Shown piece after piece: positions 24,576 to 37,559 of a DNA stretch of 64,000 bases. The stretch lies in assembly GCA_964016885.1 (NCBI GenBank), contig OZ024765.1, forward strand, positions 10,478,001 to 10,542,000, given 5' to 3'. Every line of letters begins with the position of its first letter. The first letter of the stretch is position 1. A program made the position numbers and the translations under genes. The notes beneath the pieces were generated by a model. The model was given only the letters and a program-made list of their open reading frames with translations, searched no databases and had not been told where the DNA came from. The stretch comes from Eledone cirrhosa (lineage: Eukaryota).

Positions 24576-25119
24576 AAATAAGCGTTACTTTATTTTATGT
24601 TTCTATCTCTCTCACTTCCTCCCACTACAGTACATTATTGTCTCCTCCTTCTCCTCTTAGACCGCTACGCCATCTCTCGAGTAAACACTGAAACTAGGAG
24701 AGTTATTTCCCCCTTGACCATAAACTGACATCGAAGTTGTCCAACAAACCCTCAATCTTCGTTAATTATTGATTTTAAATCTTTTCTCATTAAATTTACT
24801 GTAGGAAATCTTAAATTTTATTATAGAAAAATTCACTTCATTGAAATAAGTTGAAATTATAAAAAAAATGTTATAAATAAAATATTTAAAAGCAAAATAT
24901 AAGGATTGTTAATATATTTGTTAAACCGTGGCAGGAGTCGAAACCCTGGCTATAGATTGATATAAATACTTGTTTATTAAAATAAATATATAAATCAAAA
25001 TAATCATACATTATTTTTTTTACATATATTATTTTATTTACATATAAGATAAAATATTTAAACATTTGTTGACGGTTTCGAAACACCGCCAGGACTTAAC
25101 CAAGTTATCAAATTAATTA

Positions 25120-25440
25120 ATAATTGTTTCTACATTTAGACAAAGCCAGCAATTTGAGGGGAGGGGAAAGACTATTATATCGACTCCAGTGCATTACTGG
25201 TATTTTATTTAATCGACCCCGTAAGGATGAAAGGCAAAGATAGCCTTGGCGGGATTTGAACTCAGGACAAATGAAATAATTATTATTGATTCTACATTTA
25301 GACACAAGGCCAATAATTTACTGGGAAGGGAAAGACTATTATATCTACTCCAGTGTGTTACTGGTACTTTATTTAATCGACCCCGTAAGGATGAAAGGCA
25401 AAAATAACTTGAGCTGGATTTGAACTCAGTCCAAATTAAT
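25120..25440 (-). mobile_element. Type 2 SINE fragments, tandem
   Basis: ATCGACCCCGTAAGGATGAAAGGCAAA...GGATTTGAACTCAG occurs twice. Confidence 0.75.
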
Positions 25441-25737
25441 TAATAATCCTACTCTTTTGCTCTGGCAGTGGTTCGTTTGTCGACCCCTTTCGCCTGCCTT
25501 ATGTTGTACGTGGTCCCTGATGTGTGTTTTTCCCCTATCTTTTATTTTTTTCTCTTTTTATTTGTAATATTATGTCGGTTATATTTGTAATATTATTTAT
25601 ACAACTGTTAATAACATTTCTTTATTATAATCATTATTATTTTTACATTCTACGGGGTCGATAAAATAAGGTACCAGTAATGCACTGGGGGAATTGCTGG
25701 CCTTGTGCCTAAAGTAGAAACAATTAGAAAAAAAAGC

Positions 25738-27330
25738 AGGGAAAGAAGAGAGAAGTAGATACAGTAATAGATGTAAGGGAGGGAAAGAAGAGAGAAGTAG
25801 ATACAGTAATAGATGTAAGGGGGGGAAAGAAGAGAGAAGTAGATACAGTAATAGATGTAAGGAAGGGAAAGAAGAGAGAAGTAGATACAGTAATAGATAT
25901 AAGGGAGGGAAAGAAGAGAGAAGTAGATACAGTAATAGATATAAGGGAGGGAAAGAAGAGAGAAGTAGATACAGTAATAGATGTAAGGGAGGGAAAAGAA
26001 GAGACGAGTAGATACAGTAATAGATGTAAGGGAGGGAAAAGAAGAGACGAGTAGATACAGTAATAGATACAAGGGAGGGAAAGAAGAGAGAAGTAGATAC
26101 AGTAATAGATGTAAGGGAGGGAAAGAAGAGAAGTAGAAACAGTAATAGATGTAAGGGAGGGAAAATATGAGAGGAGTAGATACAGTAATAGCTGTAAGGG
26201 AGGGAAAGAAGAGAGAAGTAGATACAGTAATAGATGTAAGGGAGGGAAAGAAGAGAGAAGTAAATACAGTAATAGATGTAAGGGAGGGAAAGAAGAGAGA
26301 AGTAGATACAGTAATAGACGTAAGGGAGGGAAAGAAGAGAGAAGTAGATACAGTAATAGATGTAAGGGAGGGAAAGAAGAGACGAGTAGATACAGTAATA
26401 GATGTAAGGGAGAGAAAGAAGAGAGAAGTAGATACAGTAATAGATGTAAGGGAGGAAAAGAAGAGAGAAGTAGATACAGTAATAGATGTAAGGGAGGGAA
26501 AGAAGAGAGAAGTAGATACAGTAATAGATGTAAGGGAGGGAAAGAAGAGAGAAGTAGATACAGTAATAGATGTAAGGGAGGGAAAGAAGAGACGAGTAGA
26601 TACAGTAATAGATGTAAGGGAGGGAAAGAAGAGAGAAGTAGATACAGTAATAGATGTAAAGGAGGGAAAGAAGAGAGAAGTAGATACCGTAATAGATATA
26701 AGGGAGGGAAAGAAGAGAGGAGTAGATACCGTAATAGATATAAGGGAGGGAAAGAAGAGAGAAGTAGATACAGTAATAGATGTAAAGGAGGGAAAAGAAG
26801 AGACGAGTAGACACAGTAATAGATACAAGGGAGGGAAAGAAGAAAGAAGTAGATACAGTAATAGATGTAAGGGAGGGAAAGAAGAGAGAAGTAGATACCG
26901 TAATAGATGTAAGGGAGGGAAAGAAGAGAGAAGTAGATACCGTAATAGATATAAGGGAGGGAAAGAAGAGAGGAGTAGATACCGTAATAGATATAAGGGA
27001 GGGAAAGAAGAGAGAAGTAGATACAGTAATAGATGTAAAGGAGGGAAAAGAAGAGACGAGTAGACACAGTAATAGATACAAGGGAGGGAAAGAAGAGAGA
27101 AGTAGATACAGTAATAGACGTAAGGGAGGGGAAGAAGAGAGAAGTAGACACAGTAATAGATACAAGGGAAGGAAAATATGAAAGAAGTAGATACAGTAAT
27201 AGATGTAAGGGAGGGAAAAGAAGAGACGAGTAGATACAGTAATAGATACAAGGGAGGGAAAATAAGAAAGAAGTAGATAGAGTAATAGATACAAGGGAGG
27301 GAAAGAAGAATGGAGTAGATACAGTAATAG
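25738..27330. repeat. ~42 bp purine-rich minisatellite, array 2
   Basis: Same unit as array 1, followed by a duplicate of the same unique flank. Confidence 0.95.
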
Positions 27331-28714
27331 TATGGGAGAAATAAGCGTTACTTTATTTTATGTTTCTATCTCTCTCACTTCCTCCCACTACAGTACATTT
27401 TTGTCTCCTCCTTCTCCTCTTAGATCGCTACTCCATCTCTCGAGTAAACACTGAAACTAGGAGAGTTATTTCCCCCTTGACCATAAACTGACATCGAAGT
27501 CGTCCAACAAACCCTCAATCTTCGTTAATTATTTATTTTTAATCTTTTCTCATTAAATTTAATGTAGGAAATCTTAAATTTTATTATAGAAAAATTCACT
27601 TCATTGAAATAAGTTTAAATTATTAAAAAAATCTATAAATAAAATATTTAAAAGCAAAATATAAGGCTTGTTAATATATTTGTTAAACCGTGGCAGGAGT
27701 CGAAACCCTGGCTATAGATTGATATAAATACTTGTTTATTAAAATAAATATATAAATCAAAATAATCATACATTATTTTTTTTACATACATTATTTTTTT
27801 TACATATAAGATAAAATATTTAAACATTTGTTGACGGTTTCGAAACACCGCCAGGACTTAACCAAGTTGTCAAATTAATTAATAATTGTTTCTACATTTA
27901 GACAAAGCCAGCAATTTGAGGGGAGGGGAAAGACTATTATATCTACTCCAGTGCGTTACTGGTACTTTATTTAATCGCCCCCGTAAGGATGAAAGTCAAA
28001 GCTGACGTGCACAGGATTTGAACTCAAGCCCAATTAAATAATATTGGTTTCCGATTTAGGCACGAAGCTAACAATTCGGGAGGAGGGAAAAATCGATTAA
28101 ATAGACCCAGTGCGTTACTGGTACTTTATTTTACCGATCGTGTAAGGATGAATGGCAAAGCTGAACTCATGTCAAATTAAATGATGATGATGATGATCAT
28201 CATCATCATCATCATCATCATTTTACGTCCTCTTTTCCCTGCCTGCAAGGGTTGGACGGGTGCTATTCAGCACAGCATCTCTCCACTTGTCACTGTCCTT
28301 TGTCATCTTCACCGTGAGCTTCAGCGATCTGATGTCTGCTCTCACCACCTCCGCCCTTGTTTTTCGGGGTCTTCCTCTACTGGGTCTTCCTTCTACTGGG
28401 TCTTCCTTCTACTGGGTCTTCCTTCTACTGGGTCTTCCTTCTACTGGGTCTTCCTTCTACTGGCATTTCTTGGCACTTTTTTACCCAGTGGTCATCGTCC
28501 ATGTGCATCACATGTCCATTCCATCGCAGTCTTCTCTCCCGCACACAACAACTTATCCCTCTTTTTTTTTTTTTTTCTTTTTACATATTTTTATTACTTT
28601 ATTTTGATGGAAGATAATATTAGAGAAAAGCAATGAAAAAGGACATGATGGTGAATGAAAATAAAAGTAATATATATAAACATACACATACCGACCATAA
28701 TTAAATATGGAATG

Positions 28715-30240
28715 ATACCAGCAGTCAGAATGGAGATGTGCTGGAAGAGCCATTCCAACTCGCGGCGCTCAAACCTGCGACTGGCCAGCTCAGCGCCTAT
28801 GGTGGTGAGTAGAGAGGTAGCCCTGGGGCCGAGGACACCAGAAGTCTCCACTGCCAGGGGTACAGTCGCAAACCTGAGTTTAGCCTCCTCAGACCGGCGT
28901 GCAGCAGAACCTGGGTTAATCGCAAACTGCACCAGGTTGCGGCTGGAGAAAGAGTTGGTGCAAGTGGCATCCCAGACGAGGGGTTTGCCACTGCGGAACG
29001 GGAAGATGGTCATGCCATCTGGCCTTTTGCTGTCCCCTTGATCCAGTCCCACCGCCTCAAGCTGGGAAGGAAAGCCTGCAGCGTCCAAGCCATGCTTTAT
29101 GACCTCGTTGAGGGCAGCATGGCATGGAAGGCGGCCGGCACTGTGGCGACAGGAAAGCGGGTGGAGGCCGAAAGGAAACGCAGCTGCGTGCCAGGGGAGA
29201 AGGAGGGCAAGGCATGGAGCCAGGCACCACTGTGGGGTTTGGATGCCGCACGAAAACAGGCAAGGCACTGCTGGTGAAGCTGGCGCGTGAGCCTGTCTGA
29301 CGCCAGGCTGCACTGGATGGCATCCCAAGTTCTTTGGAGGGACTTGACGTCAACAAGGGGAGAAGGAGGAGGGACGTCTACTGGGCTGAGTCCCACCTGG
29401 TCCCATGTCTCACAGGCAGCCTCACGTTCTCTGAACACAGAGGGTTCTATTGTGTTTCGAAGAACCCTGCTGATGAGGATGCGGCACGGGGTTACCGACG
29501 AAAGATACGCTGGCAAAGCCAGTGAGATCGGGGACAGGAGGCCAAGGCCGCCATACCTGACAGGTAAAGGGGCCTGTTGCCATCCAATGTCGTCAAACTT
29601 GACGTTGCATATCTCCTTGGCTGCTTCTCGGATACAAGTATCGAGAGATGTGTGAGTGTAGTATGGAGCGCTGCGAAGGGTATAGAGGAGGTTCGGCATG
29701 GCGAAGCAGTTCCTCAACAGAAAGAGGGCTGGGTGGCCGTCGATCAAGCCCAGTCGGTTCGTGAGAGTCTGGAGTTGTCGAAGCCTTAACCTGATGGTGG
29801 AGCGGATGGCCGGCAGGTGGATCGGTGACCCGAGGATGAGGACATCCTCTTTGGGGGGTCACCTGTACCTGGTGGGGAATGGACCGCACGTCCGAGACGG
29901 AGGCTGCAAAGCTCCCAGCATCATGGCTGACATTCACCACCTCCGACTTGGCCGAGTTGACCTGGAGGCCGATTCCTGCCAGGGCAGGGACCACCGATTG
30001 TAGGTCATGGCAGACAGTCTGTATGGGCCAGCCCAACGTAGCATCATCCAGATACCAAACATTGAGAGGGGCCGTGATACTCCGTGCGATGTGATCTATA
30101 CCAAGGGCAAACAGGAGGGGTCCCAAAGGGTCGCCCTGTTGGACCCCAGCGGCTGAATTTTATGACCGTATCAGCAGCGGGGAGCATGCTCGGGGCTCCA
30201 TACGACAGGTAGGCCAGCGGGTAGGCAGAGGGGGCTCATA
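28715..30240 (-). pseudogene. CRE-like non-LTR retrotransposon (RT plus restriction-like endonuclease), 5'-truncated and frameshifted
   Basis: QQGDPLGPLLF, WYLDD, PVRYGGLGL, SGAWLHALP, HAALNEVIK, KRPDG and PLVWDATC motifs across shifted frames. Confidence 0.85.
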
Positions 30241-30309
30241 CACAGTTTCTCTCTCAACTCATCCATGCTTGGTCGTTCACGTACATTGACATTGCACATC
30301 CAACGGAGC

Positions 30310-30651
30310 ATCATCATCATCATCATCATCATTTCATTTTACGTCCGCTTTTCCCTGCTTGCAAGGGTGGAACAGGAACTGATTCTGGCTTGATCTCTAC
30401 AGCTGGATGCCCTTCCTAACACCAACCTCATTTTTACAGTCAGTGCTGGGTGCTTTTTTGCCGTGGCACCCCCACGACCACTTTGCAGTGGAATGATAGG
30501 GACCCCAGTCCCTATCATCTCATTTCTACAGCTGAGTAAACTGGAGCAATGTGAAATAAAGTGTCTTGCTCAAGGAAACAACACATCACCCGGTCTGAGG
30601 ATTGAACTCACAACCTTTCGATTGCAAAGCCAATGCTCTAACCACTAAGCA
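30310..30651 (-). mobile_element. Type 1 tRNA-SINE
   Basis: Near-identical to 3330-3671. Confidence 0.85.
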
Positions 30652-30677
30652 TGCTAATAATAATTATTATTTCTACT

Positions 30678-30960
30678 GAGTATCGGTAGAGAGTCAGACG
30701 CCATGCTTTCCAGCACAGTTACGTCCCTTTATGGTCTGAGTTCAAATCCCGCCGAGGTTAACTTTGCCTTCCCTCCTTACGGGGTCGATAAAATAAAGTA
30801 CCAGTAATGTACTGGTTAGTTGCTGGCTTTGTGCCTAAAGTAGAAACAATTATTTCTACATATGGCACAGTGCTTGTAATTTTGGGGTCGTGGGAAAGTC
30901 GATTATATCGACCACAATAAAGGAAAAGTCAGCCCTGAAGGATTCGAATAATAATAATAA
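30678..30960 (+). mobile_element. Type 2 tRNA-SINE
   Basis: B box GAGTTCAAATCCCGCCGAGG, central GGGGTCGATAAAATAAAGTACCAG. Confidence 0.8.
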
Positions 30961-31052
30961 TAATTTTGTATTTCAAACAAGTCCTGGCAAAGATTAGAAC
31001 ATTAACTATTTATTGCGTAGCTGTGAAATAAATATAAATTTGAGTGACTTCC

Positions 31053-32503
31053 GTGTAAATGTATGTGTGTTTTTGTGTGAATGTGTGTTTTTGTGTAAAT
31101 GTATGTGTGTTTTTGTGTGAATATATGTGTGTTTTTGTGTGAATATATGTGTGTTTTTGTGTGAATGTATGTGTGTTTTTGTGTGAATATATGTGTGTTT
31201 TTGTGTGAATATATGTGTGTTTTTGTGTGAATGTATGTGTGTGTTTTTGTGTGAATATATGTGTGTGTTTTTGTGTGAATATATGTGTGTTTTTGTGTGA
31301 ATATATGTGTGTTTTTGTGTGAATGTATATGTGTGTTTTTGTGTAAATGTATGTTGTTTTTGTGTGAATGTATGTGTGTTTTTGTGTGAATGTATGTGTG
31401 TGTTTTTGTGTGAATGTATGTGTGTGTTTGTGTGAATGTATATGTGTGTTTTTGTGTGAATGTGTGTGTGTGTTTTTGTGTGAATGTATGTGTGTTTTTG
31501 TGTGAATGTGTGTGTGTGTTTTTGTGTGAATGTATGTGTGTTTTTGTGTGAATGTATGTGTGTTTTTGTGTGAATGTATGTGTGTTTTTGTGTGAATGTA
31601 TGTGTGTTTTTGTGTAAATGTATGTGTGTTTTTGTGTGAATGTATATGTGTGTTTTTGTGTAAATGTATGTTGTTTTTGTGTGAATGTATGTGTGTGTTT
31701 TTGTGTGAATATATGTGTGTTTTTGTGTGAATGTGTGTTTTTGTGTGAATATATGTGTGTTTTTGTGTGAATGTGTGTTTTTGTGTGAATATATGTGTGT
31801 TTTTGTGTGAATGTGTGTTTTTGTGTGAATGTATATGTGTGTTTTTGTGTAAATGTATGTTGTTTTTGTGTGAATGTATGTGTGTGTTTTTGTGTGAATA
31901 TATGTGTGTTTTTGTGTGAATGTGTGTTTTTGTGTGAATGTATATGTGTGTTTTTGTGTAAATGTATGTGTGTGTTTTTGTGTGAATGTATGTGTGTGTT
32001 GGTGGGAATATATGTGTGTTTTTGTGTGAATGTATATGTGTGTTTTTGTGTGAATGTATGTGTGTGTTTTTGTGTAAATGTATGTGTGTGTTTTTGTGTG
32101 AATGTGTGTGTGTGTTTGTGTGAATGTATGTGTGTGTTTTTGTGTGAATGTGTGTTTATGTGAATGTATATGTGTTTTTGTGTGAATGTCTGTGTGTTTA
32201 TGTGAATGTATATGTGTTTTTGTGTGAATGTGTGTGTGTGTGTTTGTGTGAATGTATATGTGTTTTTGTGTGAATGTGTGTTTATGTGAATGTATATGTG
32301 TTTTTGTGTGAATGTCTGTGTGTTTATGTGAATGTATATGTGTTTTTGTGTGAATGTGTGTGTGTGTGTTTGTGTGAATGTATATGTGTTTTTGTGTAAA
32401 TGTATGTGTGTTTTTGTGTGAATGTGTGTGTGTTTTTGTGTGAATATATGTGTGTTTTTGTGTAAATGTATGTGTGTGTTTTTGTGTGAATGTATATGTG
32501 TGT
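31053..32503. repeat. ~18-24 bp GT-rich minisatellite (TGTGTTTTTGTGTGAATGTA)
   Basis: Direct periodicity. Confidence 0.95.
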
Positions 32504-33428
32504 AAAAAGTAGGAAGGGGATGGTGAAAAAAACTATAGCAAAACAGTGGTTGGCGTTCCATTTGCTTCGCTGTGTGTCAGTGTATGTGAATGTATGTGTG
32601 TGTTTGTGTAAATTTATGTCTGAGTGTGTACTTTTGTAAATGTGTCTGTTTATATTTATATACTCATACATATAAATGTATGCATATGCACATACACACA
32701 CGCATAAACATATACACATACGCGTCAGCCTGTTGAAAAAATCCTAGTAAAAGTAAATTACATTTCACGCTTGATTTGTTCGAGATGAAAATAATAAATA
32801 ATTATTTCGATGAATAATTAATTCAAGCATATCCATCGGATCAATCTATGAGGTCCCTGACCTTATTTGCTTACCGAGTGGGGTGGAACTCATTAAATTA
32901 GAGCAAGGAAACAATGTTTCCATTGGTCTTTCCATTGCTGATACTATCTACCAGTCACAATTCCTGGCAGAAAGGAACTGATTGTCAGATCAGACCAAAG
33001 AAACAGTGTTTCCATTAGTCTTTCTATTGCTGATACTATCTGTCAGTCACAATTGCTGGTAGAAAGGAGCTGATCATCATATGAGACCAAGGAAATAATG
33101 TTATATTTGTCTTTCCATTGCTAATACTATCTATCATTGAGGAGGTCACAGAATGTGTGATGAAAGAACGTTGACAAACGAATGAATATCAAACAATACA
33201 GATAAAGGGAAAATTATATAATGTGTGTGTTTCTTTCTATTGGCAATATCATCCTCAAACAAAATAAAATTATATATATAGAGCCACTACTTCTCTGAAT
33301 TGAGAGATCACAGCTCCGGTCCTATGAGCATGTTGATAGAATGTCTCAGGAAAGAAGAAGAAGAAAGGAGACAGGATAAAAAATATATATTCTGAACACA
33401 GTCCCAAACTCCTCCCTTTATTATATTA

Positions 33429-34088
33429 CTAGCAGTGGTACCTGGCGTTGCACGAGATAAGGTATTTTGGAATGCGGGCCGCCAACAGCCCTAATCGTGG
33501 AAAAAACTGCATGCCTGGACAATATGTAAAGAAAATAAACCGAATACTCGGATGGCTGGATAATCTTTAAGATTTTCCTTGATGAAGCAGGAAAAATGCA
33601 GGCCCTAGGGGATCAAGAAAATGAATTTTTTTTATGTGCATAATATGCCTTGAAATTTCGGGAAAATTGGCTAGATGTAACGCCTCAAAAAACCCCTAAA
33701 AAGCTGCAAAAATGCAGTTTTTCACCTAATGCGGACCCTAGGGGATCAAAAAGTTGAATTTTTTTATGTGCATAACACTCCCTTGAAACATAAGTAATAC
33801 ACATGTAAAGTTTGAAAAAAATTGGTTGGGTACTTCTCGAGTTTTAGGGATTCAAACTCACGTAACGCCTCAAAAAACCCCTAAAAAGCTGCAAAAATGC
33901 AGTTTTTCACCTAATGCGGATCCTATGGGATCAAAAAGTTGAACTTTTTATGTGCATAACACTCCCTTGAAACATAAGTAATACACATGTAAAGTTTGAA
34001 AAAAATTGGTTGGGTACTTCTCGAGTTTTAGGGATTCAAACTCACATACACCCACACACACACACACAGACAGACATATATATATAGA
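33429..34088 (-). mobile_element. Non-autonomous Helitron
   Basis: On -: A|TC start at 34088, subterminal GC-rich hairpin CGTGCAACGCCAGG, CTAG|T end at 33429, internal ~184-bp tandem repeat. Confidence 0.8.
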
Positions 34089-34136
34089 TGATTGAACCAC
34101 TACGTCTCTTAAAAAAAAGAAAATATTTTATATTAC

Positions 34137-34319
34137 CTGAGAAGGTGAGAAAGTCGATTCCCCATGCAACGCTCCATATCCACCCCAGGAGGAACAGAAA
34201 GGTGGTAAAGAACTGCAAGGCAGCTACCCAGGTGTTGGTCAAAATAACGCTGGATTCACTCTTGTCTGGGAATCGCACTCGAGAGCCACACTTCAAAGTA
34301 AGTCCTGATATGAGGGTCC
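34137..34319 (-). CDS. stum: Stum/SPEC3-family protein, exon 2
   Basis: Acceptor ttttgcag, donor GTAATA, phase 1/1. Encodes GTLISG...WVAALQFFTTFLFLLGWIWSVAWG, the Stum/SPEC3 GWIWS..WG signature. Confidence 0.9.
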
Positions 34320-34401
34320 CTGCAAAAGAGGAGGGCAAGGAAGAGGAAGAAAATAATAGATAGATATAGTGAAGGGTTTGTTTGACTCATTTCATCAATA
34401 C

Positions 34402-34540
34402 AGATATAAACACATATATATAGTCTAACAAAGTACTTTCGTTGCACATCTGTAACATCATCAGTGGTGCTATTATCTGATGATGTTGCAGATGTGCAAC
34501 GAAAGAACTTTGTTAGACTATATATATGTGTTTATATCTA
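34402..34540. mobile_element. Short fold-back insert with hammerhead cores on both arms
   Basis: CTGATGA 34477-34483, helix II GTTGCA-GATG-TGCAAC, GAAA 34501-34504. The mirror arm has GAAAGTACTTT. Helix I is lost at the fold point. Confidence 0.7.
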
Positions 34541-34568
34541 TATTATATCTGTACTTTTGACCGCTGGT

Positions 34569-34909
34569 CATCATCATCATCATCATTTTACGTCCGCTTT
34601 ATCTCTGCTTGCAAGGGTGGGACGGGAACTGATTCTGGCTTGATTTCTACAGCTGGATGCCCTTCCTAACACCAACCTCATTTACAGTGAGTGCTGGGTG
34701 CTTTTTTGCCGTGGCACCTCCACGACCACTTTGCAGTGGAATGATAGGGATCCCAGTCCCTATCATCTCATTTCTACAGCTGAGTAAACTGGAGCAATGT
34801 GAAATAAAGTGTCTTGCTCAAGGAAACAACACATCACCCGGTCTGAGAATTGAACTCACAACCTTTCAATTGCAAAGCCAATGCTCTAACCACTAAGCCA
34901 TGTGCCTCC
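34569..34909 (-). mobile_element. Type 1 tRNA-SINE (full length)
   Basis: Head GGAGGCACATGGCTTAGTGGTTAGAGC, RTE-type tail. Confidence 0.88.
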
Positions 34910-35144
34910 ATTCAACGATAAACATTGGTCAGTCAATGATAAACATTGAGGACCAAATGAATTAACTGGGGAGATATAAAAGATACAGAAGCGAAAACCA
35001 ACCAAACAGTGAGTGTGTTCTGTTATTTCTGGCAATATTATTACAACAATATGACCCTCCCCAAGTATAACAATATTTGTTTCGACACACGATTTCATAT
35101 CAGAAACCTCGCAAAACAAATTCATTACCGTCATTATATATATC

Positions 35145-36250
35145 ATCATCATCATCATCATCTTCGTTTAACGTCCATTTTCCACGCTAGCATGGGTTAG
35201 ACGGGAGTTGTTCCACTTCAGCCAAGGTTGGTTGGGTGACCGTGTCTCGCTCATATAGGACTATCTGGCAGGTTTTCTACGGCTGGATGCCCTTCCTAAC
35301 ACCAACCACGTTTACAGTGTGGAACTGGGAGGTTTTTACCGTGTTACCTACACGGCCACATTACAGCGTGGACTGTGTGTTTTTTTCTCGTGACACCTAC
35401 ACAGCCACATTACAGCGTGGACTGTGTGTTTTTTTCTCGTGATACCTACAGGGCCACATTACAGCGTGGACTTTGTGTTTTTTTCTTGTGACACCTACAC
35501 GGCCACATTACAGCGTGGACTGTGTGTTTTTTTCTCGTGACACCTACACGGCCACATTACAGTGTGGACTGTGTGTTTTTTTCTCGTGATACCTACACGG
35601 CCACATTACAGCGTGGACTGTGTGTTTTTTTGTCGTGACACCTACACGGCCACATTACAGCGTGGACTTTGTGTTTTTTTCTCGTGACACCTACACGGCC
35701 ACATTACAGCGTGGACTGTGTGTTTTTTTCTCGTGACACCTACAGGGCCACATTACAGTGTGGACTGTGTGTTTTTTTCTCGTGATACCTACACGGCCAC
35801 ATTACAGCGTGGACTGTGTGTTTTTTTCTCGTGACACCTACACGGCCACATTACAGCGTGGACTGTGTGTTTTTTTCTCGTGACACCTACACAGCCACAT
35901 TACAGTGTGGACTGTGTGTTTTTTTCTCGTGACACCTACACGGCCACATTACAGCGTGGACTGTGTATTTTTTTCTCGTGACACCTACACGGCCACATTA
36001 CAGCGTGGACTGTGTGTTTTTTTCTCGTGACACCTACACGGCCACATTACAGCGTGGACTGTGTGTTTTTTTCTCGTGACACCTACACGGCCACATTACA
36101 GCGTGGACTGTGTGTTTTTTTCTCGTGACACCTACACGGCCACATTACAGCGTGGACTTTGTGTTTTTTTCTCATGACACCTACACGGCCACATTTCAGC
36201 GTGGACTGTGTGTTTTTTTGTTGACACCTACACAATCTCATTATCTCATT
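35145..36250 (-). mobile_element. Type 3 SINE with an internal 44-45 bp unit amplified about 20 times
   Basis: Unit CCTACACGGCCACATTACAGCGTGGACTGTGTGTTTTTTTCTCGTGACA at 35347-36232; the unit is unamplified in copies at ~10070 and ~53250. Confidence 0.85.
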
Positions 36251-36483
36251 TATTTGGATTGGATATAAATATATTTTAACAGCTTGATTCTCTTTCATCA
36301 ATTTCTTCGATTATAATTGCTCTGCTTAAAATCGCACACTAAATATTAACGCTTCTAATATTTAACCCTGTCTGCACAAGCATCGAGCACTAAAACACCT
36401 GCTTATGGCAATTAATTATCTGTATAGTTTCCTTCTATAACACTTCCTCTCTGTATTCTCTCCCACGATACTGTAACACATTT

Positions 36484-36530
<47 letters not shown>

Positions 36531-36535
<5 letters not shown>

Positions 36536-36740
36536 GGAACGAGTAGGACCCCGACGGCTGAGCTCAAGCCGTTTCGACGGCTAATTCTGGACGGAATTCT
36601 GAGTCCAGAATTAGCCGTCGAAACGGCTTGAGCTCAGCCGTCGGGGTCCTACTCATTCCTATTACCCACTCTACTACCCTAAGTATTGAGTACTTTGGTG
36701 CGTTATGGTCCACCTGGTTCCTTACCACATTTCCTTCGTT
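36531..36740 (+). mobile_element. Fold-back insert with 3' bulged stem-loop
   Basis: ~60-bp arms (36531-36592 / 36603-36664), GTCGAAACGGC, stem-loop 36668-36691, (TA)n flanks. Confidence 0.78.
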
Positions 36741-36756
36741 ATATATATATATATAC

Positions 36757-36821
<65 letters not shown>

Positions 36822-36854
36822 TATATATATATATATACACACACATATATATAC

Positions 36855-36903
<49 letters not shown>

Positions 36904-36904
36904 C

Positions 36905-36939
<35 letters not shown>

Positions 36940-36999
36940 CATATACATATATATATATACATATATATATCTATATATACATATACACACATATGTATA

Positions 37000-37044
<45 letters not shown>

Positions 37045-37302
37045 GCAGTATGAGCCAGCTGTTTAACTAGTGACATACAGACATTGATAAAGAGAGCTCT
37101 TTTCATTAATTAATCAACTTGAGTCATCCATTTGACTTAACTATGAGTCACATCAGTGTAAAAAGAGACTATATTTGACTATATATATATATATAATGTT
37201 TATATAGGACTGTCCGGCAGGTTTTCTATGGCTGGAAGCCCTTCCTAACAACAACCACATTTACAGTGTGGACTGGGAGCTTTTTACCGTGTTACCTACA
37301 CC

Positions 37303-37357
<55 letters not shown>

Positions 37358-37559
37358 ATATACACCCAAGATGCCACTCAGTGATTTCAAATACAGGGTG
37401 TCCCAAAAATGTATACACACTTTGATGATAACGTTGACGTGTGTATACACATACACACACACATACACACACATACACAGACACACACACACATATATAT
37501 ATATATTTCGGCCGCGGATGGCCAATATAACCCCAACCCCATCCCCTTCACCCCTCCCT

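Noticed and set aside
25068-25096. GAAACCGTC motif on - (also ~27830)
   Set aside because: No CUGAnGA half; at most a truncated relic.
22792-27294. 465-578 aa Leu/Tyr/Ser-rich ORFs
   Set aside because: Translations of the 42-bp minisatellite in several frames.
31002-32561. 519-aa His/Thr/Lys-rich ORF
   Set aside because: Minisatellite artefact.
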